From contig CBDBZY010000031.1 of the NCBI GenBank assembly GCA_965213685.1, positions 310,829 through 374,828 on the forward strand: DNA of 64,000 nucleotides, read 5' to 3'. The stretch comes from a bacterium. GTDB lineage: Bacteria; UBA8248. The notes below the pieces were generated by a model, which was not told the DNA's origin, searched no databases, and saw nothing but the letters and a program-made list of their open reading frames with translations. Position 1 is the stretch's first letter. Every line of letters starts with the position of its first letter. Shown piece after piece: positions 33,512-43,706 of this stretch. The translations under genes were made by a program, and so were the position numbers.

Positions 33512-33539
33512 ATCATACAGAAAGGCCTCCCGTTGTCAA
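33512..33539 (-). promoter_or_regulatory. Sigma70-like promoter of the liv-type operon
   Basis: TTGACA-N16-TATGAT on the minus strand. Confidence 0.6.
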
Positions 33540-33767
33540 CAGAACCGCTTCGCGCATCCTACCCGGAGACGATAGGAACCCGGGGCGCATTCTGGCATAC
33601 CCTTATGATGATGGGTGCTTGTGGGGGCGCGCCGCAAGGCGGAGGCCCGGAGCGCGCAGGCGGAGCCGGGGCGAGAGTCCCCATGACGCGCAAGTCCCCC
33701 CATGCGGCCTCCGGCGAGGCGGCGGGTCGACGCCGCCGGCAGGGGGGAGGGAGAGGGAGGGGTTCCA

Positions 33768-34616
33768 TTGCTTCCCGGGTTCATCCTGCTCGCGCTTTTC
33801 GCGTCTTCCCTGATCGGGGTGGCGGACTACATCTATGGCCGCGCCGTCAGAAACCGGATATCTCCGGGCACGATGACGGTCTCGCAGGCGAGTTTCGTCG
33901 TTCCCGCCACATGGGCTTGGGCACAAGTCGAGGGCACCTACGCCTGGACGGCTCCCGCCTTCTGGGGCACGGCCGCCGCCCTGTTCACGTTCACGGGCTT
34001 TTGGAGCTTCATGAAGAGCGTGGGGCTGGGAGAGGCGAGCGTCAGCACTCCCATCTACCGGCTGAGCTTCGTCGTCACCGCGATGCTGGCCATCTGGTTT
34101 CTGGGAGAGGTCGTCACGATTCCCAAAATCCTGGGCTTTGTCCTCACCGGCTGCGCCATCTTTTTGTTCTCGGAGTTTCGCATCGGAAATCTTTCGGCGG
34201 ACAAACTCGCCTCCGTCCTGTGGGCCGTCGCCGCGATGATATCCGTCGGCCTCGTGAACATCATCTACAAGCTCGGCGTCTCGGGCGGCGTGGCACCGAC
34301 CATGTTTCTCCACAGCCAGTCGGTCTTCTTCATCACCATCTCGCTCATCTACGCGTTCCTGACGCAGGGCGGCCCCCGATTCTCGAAGAAGGGCTGGGCA
34401 CACGCGCTGCTCACCGCCGTCTGCTTCACGCTCGGGAACGTCGCGCTGCTGGCCGCGCTGCGCGACGGGGAGGCCACCATCGTCACGCCCATCGTCCAGC
34501 TCAGCTTCATCGTCAGCGCGCTTTTGGCCGTCTGGCGGCTCGCGGAGAAGATGACGCTGCGAAAGTTTCTGGGACTGGCCGCAGCGGTCGGCACCATCAT
34601 CGCCTTCACGGCCTAG
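33768..34616 (+). CDS. EamA/DMT family transporter
   Basis: Two repeats of about five TM segments (GEASVSTPI...FLGE; GEATIVTPI...LAEK). TTG start inferred. Confidence 0.85.
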   Translation: MLPGFILLALFASSLIGVADYIYGRAVRNRISPGTMTVSQASFVVPATWAWAQVEGTYAWTAPAFWGTAAALFTFTGFWSFMKSVGLGEASVSTPIYRLSFVVTAMLAIWFLGEVVTIPKILGFVLTGCAIFLFSEFRIGNLSADKLASVLWAVAAMISVGLVNIIYKLGVSGGVAPTMFLHSQSVFFITISLIYAFLTQGGPRFSKKGWAHALLTAVCFTLGNVALLAALRDGEATIVTPIVQLSFIVSALLAVWRLAEKMTLRKFLGLAAAVGTIIAFTA

Positions 34617-34709
34617 CCGACTCCCCCCCCTGCGCGTCGGGGGTGGGAGCACCGCCAAAACCGCGGCGAAAGGAAGCGCGCCTGGCGGGCGCCGGGAGGC
34701 GCGACCGGG

Positions 34710-36278
34710 CTAGGGAGCCGCCGGGGAGGCGGACAATCGCGCCCCGGCCTCCCGCCGCGCGCGCAGCGCCGCGCGACGAAGCGCCTCCACGTCCGCGCTC
34801 ACGGCCTCCTTCAGGACGGCCACCGCCAACTCCAGGGCCGCATCCGCTCCCACAGCGCCCGCCTCTCTCGGCTTCTCCTCGGAGGATGTCAACGTTTTCC
34901 GGCGCTCTGCGACCTGCTGGCGGGAGAGGGCCTTCGGCCCAGCCTCCACGTCGGGGCGGATTCCTTTCTCGTGAATCAACCTTCCGAGCGGGGTGTAATA
35001 CCGCGCCGTCGTCAGCCGCAACGCAGCGCCCCCCCGCATGGGGATGATGGCCTGAACCGACCCCTTCCCGAAGCTCGTCCTGCCGACGATCAGGGCGCGA
35101 TCCAGATCCTGCAGGGCGCCGGCCACGATTTCCGACGCGCTCGCGCTGCCCTTGTTGATCAGCACGACCAGGGGCCTCCCCACCCAGACGCCCCGCGCGC
35201 GGGAGCGGAAATAGACCGTCTCGCTTCGCCTGCGCCCGCGCGTGAAGACGATCATGCTCCCCTCCGGCAGGAACCTCTCCGACACCTCGACGGATTTGGT
35301 GAGGAAACCGCCCGGGTTGCCCCGCAGGTCCAGCACGATTCCCCGCACGTTCCGGCGCATCAGCTTCCTCAGCCCCTCGTCCAGCTCCCGCGTCGTTCGG
35401 CCATGAAACGCCGTGATCCGCAAATAGCCCACCCCGCCCTCCTTCACCCCCGCCTTGACGCTGCGAATGCGAATGATGGCGCGGCGCAGGGTCACCTCCC
35501 GGGGCTTCGGCCAGCCCGCGCGCGATATCAGCAAGCGCACCGGTTCTCCCGCCGGGCCCCGCATCCGGCGGACGACCTCGGGCAACGCCATGTCCCTGGT
35601 CGGCGCGCCGTCGATCTCCACGATCACGTCCTCGGACTTCAATCCGGCGCGAAAGGCGGGGGTGTCCTCTATCGGCGATATGATGGTGAGCCTCTCCCCC
35701 CGCCGGGTGATGATGATCCCCACCCCGCCGTAGCTTCCGGTATGCTCGACCCGCATCTGCCTGTAAGACTCCGGCGAGAGGAACCCGCTGAACGGGTCCA
35801 GCGAACCCATCATGGAGGAGAGGGCGGCGTACATGACGCGCAGCCCGTCTTTTTTCTGCTCCTCCCCCCCCGCAGCCATGTTCTCGACGGCGAACCGGTA
35901 GGCCCGCTCGAAAGCGCCCAGCCCGCCCTCGGCGTCGCCCCGCAGGAGGATGCGCAGCGTATTCTCCCGCCCCCTCAGCAGCACCTCGCCGCCCGCCTCC
36001 TCGACGAACCCGAAGCGGGCCGCGCCCACCTCCTTGCGCAGGCGCCCGAGGCCCGCCACGTACATTTTCCGGTAATCCGGAATGCGGGCGTAATTGTCCT
36101 CCACATTCTCCACGGCCTCATACAAAAGGGCGACCGCCTTCTCCTGATCCGCAGAAGCGCGGGGGAGGGGGCTCGCCGGGAGCGCCGCCCACCAGAGCAG
36201 GAGCATGGCGCCTGCCGCGAGACGCCGCGCGCAGCCTCGGCCCGGGCGGAGAAAAGGAGAAGAGCGGGTGCGCCTCAT
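34710..36278 (-). CDS. ctpA: Carboxyl-terminal processing protease (S41)
   Basis: LDPFS, GGVGI (PDZ), DLRGNPGG, SASASEIVAGALQD, SFGKGSVQ, TTARYYTP. Confidence 0.9.
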   Translation of the reverse strand: MRRTRSSPFLRPGRGCARRLAAGAMLLLWWAALPASPLPRASADQEKAVALLYEAVENVEDNYARIPDYRKMYVAGLGRLRKEVGAARFGFVEEAGGEVLLRGRENTLRILLRGDAEGGLGAFERAYRFAVENMAAGGEEQKKDGLRVMYAALSSMMGSLDPFSGFLSPESYRQMRVEHTGSYGGVGIIITRRGERLTIISPIEDTPAFRAGLKSEDVIVEIDGAPTRDMALPEVVRRMRGPAGEPVRLLISRAGWPKPREVTLRRAIIRIRSVKAGVKEGGVGYLRITAFHGRTTRELDEGLRKLMRRNVRGIVLDLRGNPGGFLTKSVEVSERFLPEGSMIVFTRGRRRSETVYFRSRARGVWVGRPLVVLINKGSASASEIVAGALQDLDRALIVGRTSFGKGSVQAIIPMRGGAALRLTTARYYTPLGRLIHEKGIRPDVEAGPKALSRQQVAERRKTLTSSEEKPREAGAVGADAALELAVAVLKEAVSADVEALRRAALRARREAGARLSASPAAP

Positions 36279-36393
36279 CGACGTGCAACCTTCTCGTTTG
36301 GGGGGTTCATCGGATGACCTCGCGGCCAAAGAATCATAGTATAATCCAAAAGGACGCAATCGCCCAAGGTTTTTCCGTCCGGGGATTTCCTCG

Positions 36394-37056
36394 ATGATCT
36401 CCATCGTCGCGCCCGTGCTCGACGAAGCCCGGCGCCTGCCCGCCATGTTCGAGATGCTCGACGCCCAGCCGGGAGAGAAGCAGATCATCCTCGCCGACGG
36501 GGGAAGCGCGGACGACACCCTCGAGGTCGCGGAGGGGCGCGCCCTCGTCGTCCAGACGGAGCGCGGCCGCGCCCGACAGATGAACGCGGGCGCCGCGCGG
36601 GCCCGGGGGGAGACGATTCTGTTTCTCCACTGCGACACGCAGCTGCCCGCCGGGGCGCTCGGGAAAATAGAGGAGGCCGTCCGCATGGACGGCGTGGCGG
36701 GCGGGGGCTTCCTCCACAGCTTCGACCGCGACGATCTCTTCAGCCGCTTCATCAGCCTCAGCGCGAACGCGCGGGCGCGGACCTCGCGACTTTTCTTTGG
36801 CGATCAGTGCATCTTCATCCGGCGCGACGTCTTCGAGCGGATGGGGGGCTACGCCGATATGCCGATGTTCGAGGACTGGGACCTGAGCAGGAGGATGCGC
36901 GACTTCGGGCGCCTGGCGCTCATCGAGGCGCCCGTCGTCACGAGCGGCCGCCGCATCGACGTCTGGGGCAAGTCCAGATGCCTCACCCTCTGGTGGGGGC
37001 TGAGCATCCTCTACGCCCTCGGGGTGCCGGCCGAGCGGCTCAGCCGATACTACGCC
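36394..37056 (+). CDS. Family 2 glycosyltransferase (TIGR04283-like), last residues replaced at a junction
   Basis: [65 protein letters not shown]. Confidence 0.85.
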
Positions 37057-37848
37057 CAGAACAACGAATGGCTGGACGACCATCTGCCGTCGATCTATGA
37101 CCCGATGCTGACAACGGCGCAGACCGTTGCCGACCGCTATCGTGTTTCCCGCGAAGTGCAGGATGAGTACAGTTTACAAAGCCAGTTGCGCACGGCGGCG
37201 GCGCAGCAGGCCGGCAAGTTCGACGACGAAATCGTGCCGATGACGTCGATCAAAGCGGTAATGAACAAGGATACCGGCGAGGTAACCTACGAGGAAACGG
37301 CGCTCGAGAAGGATGAGGGCAACCGGCCCAGCACCACGCTTGAAGGTTTGCAAAGCCTGAAACCGGTGACCCGGGATGACGGCCATATCACCGCCGGAAA
37401 TTCCTCGCAGCTTTCCGACGGCGCTTCCGCCGCGGTGGTGATGAGCGATGCGGAGGCGGCCAAGCGTGGTCTCGAGGTGATGGGGATCTACCGCGGCCTG
37501 GTGGTACATGGTTGCGAGCCGGACGAGATGGGCATCGGCCCGGTCTTCGCGGTGCCGAAGTTGTTGGAACGCAACGGCCTGACCGTCGACGATATCGACC
37601 TCTGGGAATTGAACGAAGCCTTCGCCGTGCAGGTACTCTATTGCCGCGACAAGCTCGGCATCGATAACGACAAGCTGAATGTCAATGGCGGGTCGATCTC
37701 CGTTGGTCACCCCTACGGCATGACCGGCGCCCGACTGACGGGCCACGCCCTGATCGAAGGCAAGCGCCGCGGCGCCAAGCACGTCGTCGTCACCATGTGC
37801 GTCGGCACCGGCATGGGCGCCGCCGGCCTGTTCGAGATCCCGCAGTAG
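37057..37848 (+). CDS. Thiolase (acetyl-CoA C-acyltransferase), C-terminal part only
   Basis: [44 protein letters not shown]. The N-terminal half with the catalytic Cys is absent. Confidence 0.88.
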   Translation, partial: QNNEWLDDHLPSIYDPMLTTAQTVADRYRVSREVQDEYSLQSQLRTAAAQQAGKFDDEIVPMTSIKAVMNKDTGEVTYEETALEKDEGNRPSTTLEGLQSLKPVTRDDGHITAGNSSQLSDGASAAVVMSDAEAAKRGLEVMGIYRGLVVHGCEPDEMGIGPVFAVPKLLERNGLTVDDIDLWELNEAFAVQVLYCRDKLGIDNDKLNVNGGSISVGHPYGMTGARLTGHALIEGKRRGAKHVVVTMCVGTGMGAAGLFEIPQ

Positions 37849-37931
37849 ATATGGTCACGCCATACGCGGTGGCCGCGGGACCGCAATAGCAAACCGCCGA
37901 ATGCGGTTGGTTGCGTTGGAGAGTTTGCGGG

Positions 37932-39224
37932 ATGAAGATCAATGGCGATACTCTCGCAAAGATCGTTTCGCTTGCGTCGGCATTGTTTCTTGCGTTTTTT
38001 GTCGGCGGCCTATTCGTCTATTTTAAACTCTTCCCGCACCATTCGATTAAACAGTTCGAGGAGTTTGTTCGCGGCGTCATTGAGCATCGTGAAGCTTATT
38101 TCTTCGGCGCGCCGACCGACCATTTGGAGCCGGCGCGGGGCGAGCCCTATGGTTTTACGGTAGCCGGCGACGCGCGTGCGCAGCCGGGCTTGACCTTGGT
38201 GGTCGGTTTGTTCGGCTACACACTCGGGGCGCGTCTTTATGACAATTCCGGCGAACTGGTCCACGAATGGCCCGTCGACTTCTTCAAAATCGCGCCGGAA
38301 ACAATGCTTTACGAGTTCCATGCGTTGATTCACGGCGCCTGGATGTATCCGAACGGTGATTTGCTCATCAATCTGGACCGCCGGCATCTCTATCGGATAG
38401 ATGCTTGCGGGCGGACAGTCTGGGTCAACGCCAATACGCCGCATCATTCGATCCATGTCGACGATCAGGGCTATATTTGGACGCCCACCGGGGTTTGGTC
38501 GTACAACGAGCCGCGTCTATGGCGAGAGGAAGCGCACGTCGATCGGATCGCCAAGTTCGATCCCGATAACGGCAAAAAGCTTCTTGAAATTGATCTGGTC
38601 GAGTTACTTGTCGAAGCCGAAATGCAGGGCATTGTCTTGGGTGTCGCGAATAAATTCGATGATTTGTTGCATCTGAACGACGTCGAAGTGTTGTCGGCCG
38701 ACATGGCGGCGGCTTTCCCATTGTTCGACGCCGGCGACATTGTTTTGAGTTTTCGCAACACCAACCAACTTTGGGTGCTCGACGGTCGGACCCACGCGAT
38801 CAAATGGTGGCAAACCGGACCATGGCGCGGCCAGCACGATCCCGATTTTCAGCCGGATGGATCGATTACGCTGTTTGACAACCGCAATTCCGTCAAGCCG
38901 TCGATCGAGAACGATTTTCTTGGCACGATGGGCGGAAGCCGAATTTTGCGTCTCGATCCGCTGTCCCGGGAAACCACGACGTTGTTTCAATCGACGGAGA
39001 AGGTCCGGTTTCATTCCGCCTTTCGGGGCAAGCATCAGGTGCTGGCCAATGGCAACATACTGATCACCGAAACCGATGCGGGGCGGGCTTTCGAAGTTAC
39101 GCCCGGCGGCGATATCGTATGGTCCTTTGTCAACGGTTGGGACGAAGACCAAGTGGGTTGGATCATGGGTGCCTACAAATTTCCCGAGAATTATGGGGCG
39201 TTTGCGGCCAACCGTTGTCAGTGA
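37932..39224 (+). CDS. Arylsulfotransferase (ASST)-like beta-propeller protein
   Basis: N-terminal membrane anchor, HHSI, HLNDVE, QHDP, FDN, NGNILITE...GRAFEV. Confidence 0.75.
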   Translation: MKINGDTLAKIVSLASALFLAFFVGGLFVYFKLFPHHSIKQFEEFVRGVIEHREAYFFGAPTDHLEPARGEPYGFTVAGDARAQPGLTLVVGLFGYTLGARLYDNSGELVHEWPVDFFKIAPETMLYEFHALIHGAWMYPNGDLLINLDRRHLYRIDACGRTVWVNANTPHHSIHVDDQGYIWTPTGVWSYNEPRLWREEAHVDRIAKFDPDNGKKLLEIDLVELLVEAEMQGIVLGVANKFDDLLHLNDVEVLSADMAAAFPLFDAGDIVLSFRNTNQLWVLDGRTHAIKWWQTGPWRGQHDPDFQPDGSITLFDNRNSVKPSIENDFLGTMGGSRILRLDPLSRETTTLFQSTEKVRFHSAFRGKHQVLANGNILITETDAGRAFEVTPGGDIVWSFVNGWDEDQVGWIMGAYKFPENYGAFAANRCQ

Positions 39225-39248
39225 CGAACACCGTTGATGTCAATGGTG

Positions 39249-40469
39249 TCAGGTTGCAACCGGTAGCCTAAGCACTTCGCGGAAGCGGACGCGGTCGGCG
39301 ATTTCGGCTGGACCGGTGAGGTGCAGACGCGGGAAGCGGTGAAAGAGTTGTTGAAAAGCGATCACCCCTTCGATACGGGCCAACGCGTTGCCGGCGCAAA
39401 TGTGAATGCCGAGGCCGAAGGAAAGATGACGGTTCGGCTTGCGGCCGATATCGAAGCGGTCGGGGTCGTCGAATTCGGCCGGATCGCGGTTGGCGCCGGC
39501 AATCATCAAATGGGCGGTGGCGCCGGCGGGGATTTTGACACCGGCCAGCTCGGTGTCTGCCAAGGCTCTCCGGTTGTTGATTTGGATCGGCGCCTGATAA
39601 CGCAGAATTTCTTCAACGCAGGTGTCGATTAGCGAGGGGTCGGCCATGAGGCGCGCGATCTGGTCCGGACGCTGCAGCATTTCATGGACGCCATGCGAGA
39701 TCATGTTGGTCGAAGTTTCATGCCCGGCGTTGAGCATGAAAATGCACTGATGCAGCAGTTCAAGCTCGCTTAATTTCTCACCATCTTCCTCCGCCTCCAT
39801 CAGGGCCGTCAGGACCTGCCCGCGGGTACCGTCGCATGGATGTTTGCGAAGATGCGCCACCAAGTCCCGCAAATAGGCCTTGAAATCCGCGACCGCTTTA
39901 TTGCCTTCGTCGAGCTGCGCCGGGCTTAGGGACGGTTCCAGCGCCGTCAGGATTGCCACCGCCCAATGGCGGATCAACTCGCGGTCACCGCTCGGCACGC
40001 TGAGCATCTCCGAAACTACTTCGATCGGCAGTTTGAAGGAGAAATCGTCGACCACATCCATTTCACCGCGATCCTCGAACTGGTCGAGATATTGATCGAC
40101 GAGTTCCCGAATTTTCGGTTTCAAGGCATCCAGCGCCTTTCGTGTGAACGCGGCCTGGAAAAGATTGCGGATGCGGCGATGATCCGGCGGATCGGTGAAC
40201 ACGACGCTGGTGGTGTGATGTTCATAAAGCGGACTGTTGCCGAATTTCGGTTTGAAGTCGGCCTTCTTGTCTGAACTCCAAAGCGCCGGGTTGCGGTAGA
40301 TTTGCGTCAGGTCGGCATGGCGAGTCAGCACATAGCTGCCGTCGGGGGCGCGGTGAACCGGATCATGGCTCCGCAATGCAGCCAGATAACGATAGGGCTC
40401 GGCGATGTAATCGGCGGGCAGGCCGGCCAGATCGAAGTCTGCTATGTCCGCCGCGGTCAACTCTTGCAT
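39249..40469 (-). CDS. Cytochrome P450
   Basis: DPPDHRRIR, AGHETS, EEILR, heme motif FGLGIHICAG. Confidence 0.95.
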   Translation of the reverse strand: MQELTAADIADFDLAGLPADYIAEPYRYLAALRSHDPVHRAPDGSYVLTRHADLTQIYRNPALWSSDKKADFKPKFGNSPLYEHHTTSVVFTDPPDHRRIRNLFQAAFTRKALDALKPKIRELVDQYLDQFEDRGEMDVVDDFSFKLPIEVVSEMLSVPSGDRELIRHWAVAILTALEPSLSPAQLDEGNKAVADFKAYLRDLVAHLRKHPCDGTRGQVLTALMEAEEDGEKLSELELLHQCIFMLNAGHETSTNMISHGVHEMLQRPDQIARLMADPSLIDTCVEEILRYQAPIQINNRRALADTELAGVKIPAGATAHLMIAGANRDPAEFDDPDRFDIGRKPNRHLSFGLGIHICAGNALARIEGVIAFQQLFHRFPRLHLTGPAEIADRVRFREVLRLPVAT

Positions 40470-40543
40470 CGCCCTCTCCCTCTTGCCAGAGCATAGCCGC
40501 AGGTGGGATGATCGCCAAGGCCGGTATGGGACCCGAGGCAAAT

Positions 40544-41572
40544 ATGAAAACATCCGTTTCGATCGGCGGTTACGCCTATGACGAAATTCTCGAAACCGTC
40601 GAATTCGTGCAAGCCGCGGAGCGTTTGGGGGTGTCATACGTCTTTTCGGCGGAAGCCTGGGGCCAGGACGCGGTGACCAGCCTTGCCTATCTCGCCGGCA
40701 AAACGGAAAAGATCAAACTTGGCACCGGGATCATGCAAATCAGCGCGCGCGCCGCCTCGATGACCGCGATGACGGCGTTGTCGCTGAACAATCTCAGTCG
40801 CGGCCGGTTCGTCCTTGGGCTTGGTGCCAGCGGACCGCAAGTGGTCGAGGGCCTGCACGGAGTGCCATACGCGCAACCCCTGACGCGGCTCAAAGAGACC
40901 GTCGCGGTGATGCGCATGGCCTTCCGGGGCGAGAAGCTGCGATATGACGGCAAGCATTTGGTCTTGCCGCGGCCGGGCGGCGAGGGCAAGGCGATCCGCC
41001 TCGACCACCAACCGGCGGATATCCCGATCTATCTGGCAACCCTTGGGCCGAAGTCGCTTGAATTCACCGGTGCCGCCGCCGACGGTTGGCTCGGGACCTC
41101 GTTTTCGCCGGACCACGCGGAAGCCCATCTCGATCACATCCGCAAAGGCGCGGAAGCGGCGGGGCGCAGTCTCGACGACGTACAGCTGCATGTCAGCTGC
41201 ACTGTTGATATTGGCGAAAATGTGGAGGAGATGATCGCCAAACGGCGGCCGGGTGTCGCCTTTCAAATGGGGGCGATGGGCTCGGCGCAGACCAACTTCT
41301 ACAACGACGCCTTCCGCCGTTCTGGCTTCGAAGAAGAGGCACGAGCCATTCAGCAGCTCTGGATTGATGGCAAAAGACAGGAAGCCGCGGCGATCGTGCC
41401 GGATGAGATGATTACCCAGTTCAGCGCCATCGGCACGCCGGCGATGGTCAAGGAACGGTTCGAGACCTATCGGAAGGTTGGCATCGATTGTTTGAGCCTA
41501 CGCCTCGACGCGCCGAGCCGGCGGGAGCAGATTGTCCTGCTCGAACAAATGATGGATCTAATCCCGGATTGA
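40544..41572 (+). CDS. LLM-class (possibly F420-dependent) flavin oxidoreductase
   Basis: AEAWGQDA, GRFVLGLGASGPQVVEGLHG, PIYLATLGP. Confidence 0.88.
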   Translation: MKTSVSIGGYAYDEILETVEFVQAAERLGVSYVFSAEAWGQDAVTSLAYLAGKTEKIKLGTGIMQISARAASMTAMTALSLNNLSRGRFVLGLGASGPQVVEGLHGVPYAQPLTRLKETVAVMRMAFRGEKLRYDGKHLVLPRPGGEGKAIRLDHQPADIPIYLATLGPKSLEFTGAAADGWLGTSFSPDHAEAHLDHIRKGAEAAGRSLDDVQLHVSCTVDIGENVEEMIAKRRPGVAFQMGAMGSAQTNFYNDAFRRSGFEEEARAIQQLWIDGKRQEAAAIVPDEMITQFSAIGTPAMVKERFETYRKVGIDCLSLRLDAPSRREQIVLLEQMMDLIPD

Positions 41573-41582
41573 GGACGCGGCG

Positions 41583-42347
41583 ATGTTGTCGGATGCACAG
41601 ATAGCGCAGTATCGAGAGGATGGATTTGTCATTCCCGACTTCCGCTTGCCGGCCGACATTCTCGCGGCGATCCGTGGCGATCACGACCGCTTAATCGCCC
41701 GGCATCCGGACCTCGCCGATTATTGCCCGAACGTGCTGGCATTTGATTTGAGCTTCCTCAATTATGCCCGCATTCCCGACATCGTCGATATGGTCGAACA
41801 GGTGTTGGGACCAGATTTTGCCCTGTGGAATTCCAGTTTCTTCGCCAAGCCGGCTCAGAACGGCCGCGCGACGCCATGGCATCAGGACGGTGAATACTGG
41901 CCGATCCGGCCGGTGGCGACCTGTACGGTGTGGATGGCGATCGACGATGCGACGGTGGAGAACGGCTGCCTGCGGTATATTCCGGGCTCCCACAAGGACC
42001 GTCAACTGAAACCCCACGCGACCAATCCGGACCCGAACTTTACCCTCAATCAGGAACTCGATTCGGCTTGTTACGACGAGGCCGAGGCTGTCGATTTGGT
42101 GCTTGAGGCCGGGCAGATGGCCTTGCACGATGTTTTCATCCTGCACGGATCGAAAGCCAACACGTCGGCGCAGGCGCGCCGCGGCATGACCCTGCGTTAT
42201 ATGCCGCTGACGTCTGTCTTCGACCGCGAACTGGCGGCCCGGCAAGCAGCGGAGAAAGACCTGTTGATCGGCCATCAGGATCGCACTCTCTATCTCATGC
42301 GGGGGCGTGATGTCAGCGGGCGAAACGACTTTCGCATGCGGCTTTGA
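41583..42347 (+). CDS. Phytanoyl-CoA dioxygenase (PhyH) family protein
   Basis: PWHQDGEYW (HxD), IDDATVENGCL, IPGSH, HGS, R. Confidence 0.9.
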   Translation: MLSDAQIAQYREDGFVIPDFRLPADILAAIRGDHDRLIARHPDLADYCPNVLAFDLSFLNYARIPDIVDMVEQVLGPDFALWNSSFFAKPAQNGRATPWHQDGEYWPIRPVATCTVWMAIDDATVENGCLRYIPGSHKDRQLKPHATNPDPNFTLNQELDSACYDEAEAVDLVLEAGQMALHDVFILHGSKANTSAQARRGMTLRYMPLTSVFDRELAARQAAEKDLLIGHQDRTLYLMRGRDVSGRNDFRMRL

Positions 42348-42353
42348 GACCTT

Positions 42354-43187
42354 ATGGAACAGTGGCTTGACAGCGAAAACATCATCCGTCTCGTAAGCTT
42401 CCTGTCTGTCTTCATTGGGCTCGCCGTTCTCGAAACCGTTTTCCCAAAACGCCGCCGTCGCATCGGCCGCTGGCGGCGCTGGTCGAACAATCTGGCGCTC
42501 GTCGTCCTCAATAGTTTGCTGGTCCGTCTGCTGTTCCCCGTTTTGGCCCTTGGGGCCGCGGTTTGGGCGGAAGGGCAGGGTGTCGGCCTCCTACAATTGG
42601 TCGCCTTGCCTGGCTGGTTGAGCATCGCCGCCGCGGTGGTGCTGTTGGACTTGGCGATCTATCTACAGCATATGGTGTTTCATAAAATCCCGTGGCTTTG
42701 GCGTCTGCACCGCATGCATCATGCCGATCTCGATTTCGACGTCACCACCGGATTGCGTTTCCATAGTCTGGAAATCGTTCTCTCCATGGCGATTAAAATG
42801 ATCGTGGTCGTGGCGCTTGGGGCGCCACCGTTCGCAGTGCTTGTATTCGAAGTGTTATTGAATGTTACCTCGATGTTCAATCACAGCAATTGGGCATTGC
42901 CGGCGGGCCTGGACAAGCGGTTGCGCCTGGCGGTCGTCACGCCTGACATGCATCGGGTTCATCACTCAGTTTATCGGGACGAAACAGATTGCAACTACGG
43001 TTTCAATCTGCCTTGGTGGGACCGATTATTCGGCACCTACCGCGCTCAACCCCGCGACGGTCATGACGCCATGATGATCGGCATTCCGGCATTCCGGCAC
43101 CCGTCGGACTTACGCCTTGACCGACTGCTGATCCAACCCTTTATTGATGATAAGAGCCTGGAGCATGAGCAGGAGAGAAAATCATGA
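42354..43187 (+). CDS. Sterol desaturase / fatty acid hydroxylase family protein
   Basis: His boxes HMVFH, HRMHH, HSN and HRVHHS, plus TM segments. Confidence 0.9.
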   Translation: MEQWLDSENIIRLVSFLSVFIGLAVLETVFPKRRRRIGRWRRWSNNLALVVLNSLLVRLLFPVLALGAAVWAEGQGVGLLQLVALPGWLSIAAAVVLLDLAIYLQHMVFHKIPWLWRLHRMHHADLDFDVTTGLRFHSLEIVLSMAIKMIVVVALGAPPFAVLVFEVLLNVTSMFNHSNWALPAGLDKRLRLAVVTPDMHRVHHSVYRDETDCNYGFNLPWWDRLFGTYRAQPRDGHDAMMIGIPAFRHPSDLRLDRLLIQPFIDDKSLEHEQERKS

Positions 43188-43634
43188 GCGACAAGAAAGC
43201 CCGCATGGTCGGGTTCAATCACATTGCCTTGGAAGTCGGTGATATCGACGAGGCGCTGGATTTCTACGCCAATATCTTCGAATTCGAAGTAACCAGCAAA
43301 AGTGCGGAAATCGCCTTCGTCAGTCTCGGCGATCAATTCATTAACTTCACCAAAGGTCGCCGGCAAACGCCTGACGACGAACGGCATTTTGGTTTGGTTT
43401 GTCGATGACAAAGAGAAGGTGCGCGAAACCCTCGCCGAGAACGGGATCGAGGTTTTGCCGGGTCGTTTTCTGGATTTCCGCGATCCCTGGGGCAACCGGG
43501 TCGAAATTGTCGGTTATGACAATATTCAATTCACCAAGGCACCCTATATATTGCGCGGCATGGGCCTCGGCGATCTGACCAAAAACCAACGGGCGATCGA
43601 CGAGCTGACCGAAAAAGGCATGGCGCCCGATTGA
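43184..43634 (+). CDS. VOC family protein with a frameshift at ~43400
   Basis: GFNHIALEVGD...HFGLV|VDDKEK...DPWGNRVEIV. An extra T lies in GGTTTGTC. Confidence 0.8.
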
Positions 43635-43706
43635 GGCGAAGTGTCGAGTTATTTTGATTAGGGTGCCGACCGCGACTATGTTAAAGCGGCCTGGACGGAG
43701 CCTCGG

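Noticed and set aside
9104-36317. Long opposite-strand or alternate-frame ORFs (e.g. 9104..11374+, 19617..21227+, 31051..33504+)
   Set aside because: Shadow ORFs of high-GC genes: Arg/Pro/Ala/Ser-rich, with no family motifs, and overlapping well-supported CDSs.
36394-37848. Novel bifunctional glycosyltransferase-thiolase enzyme
   Set aside because: The thiolase half lacks its N-terminal catalytic region and the fusion point coincides with a compositional and taxonomic switch.
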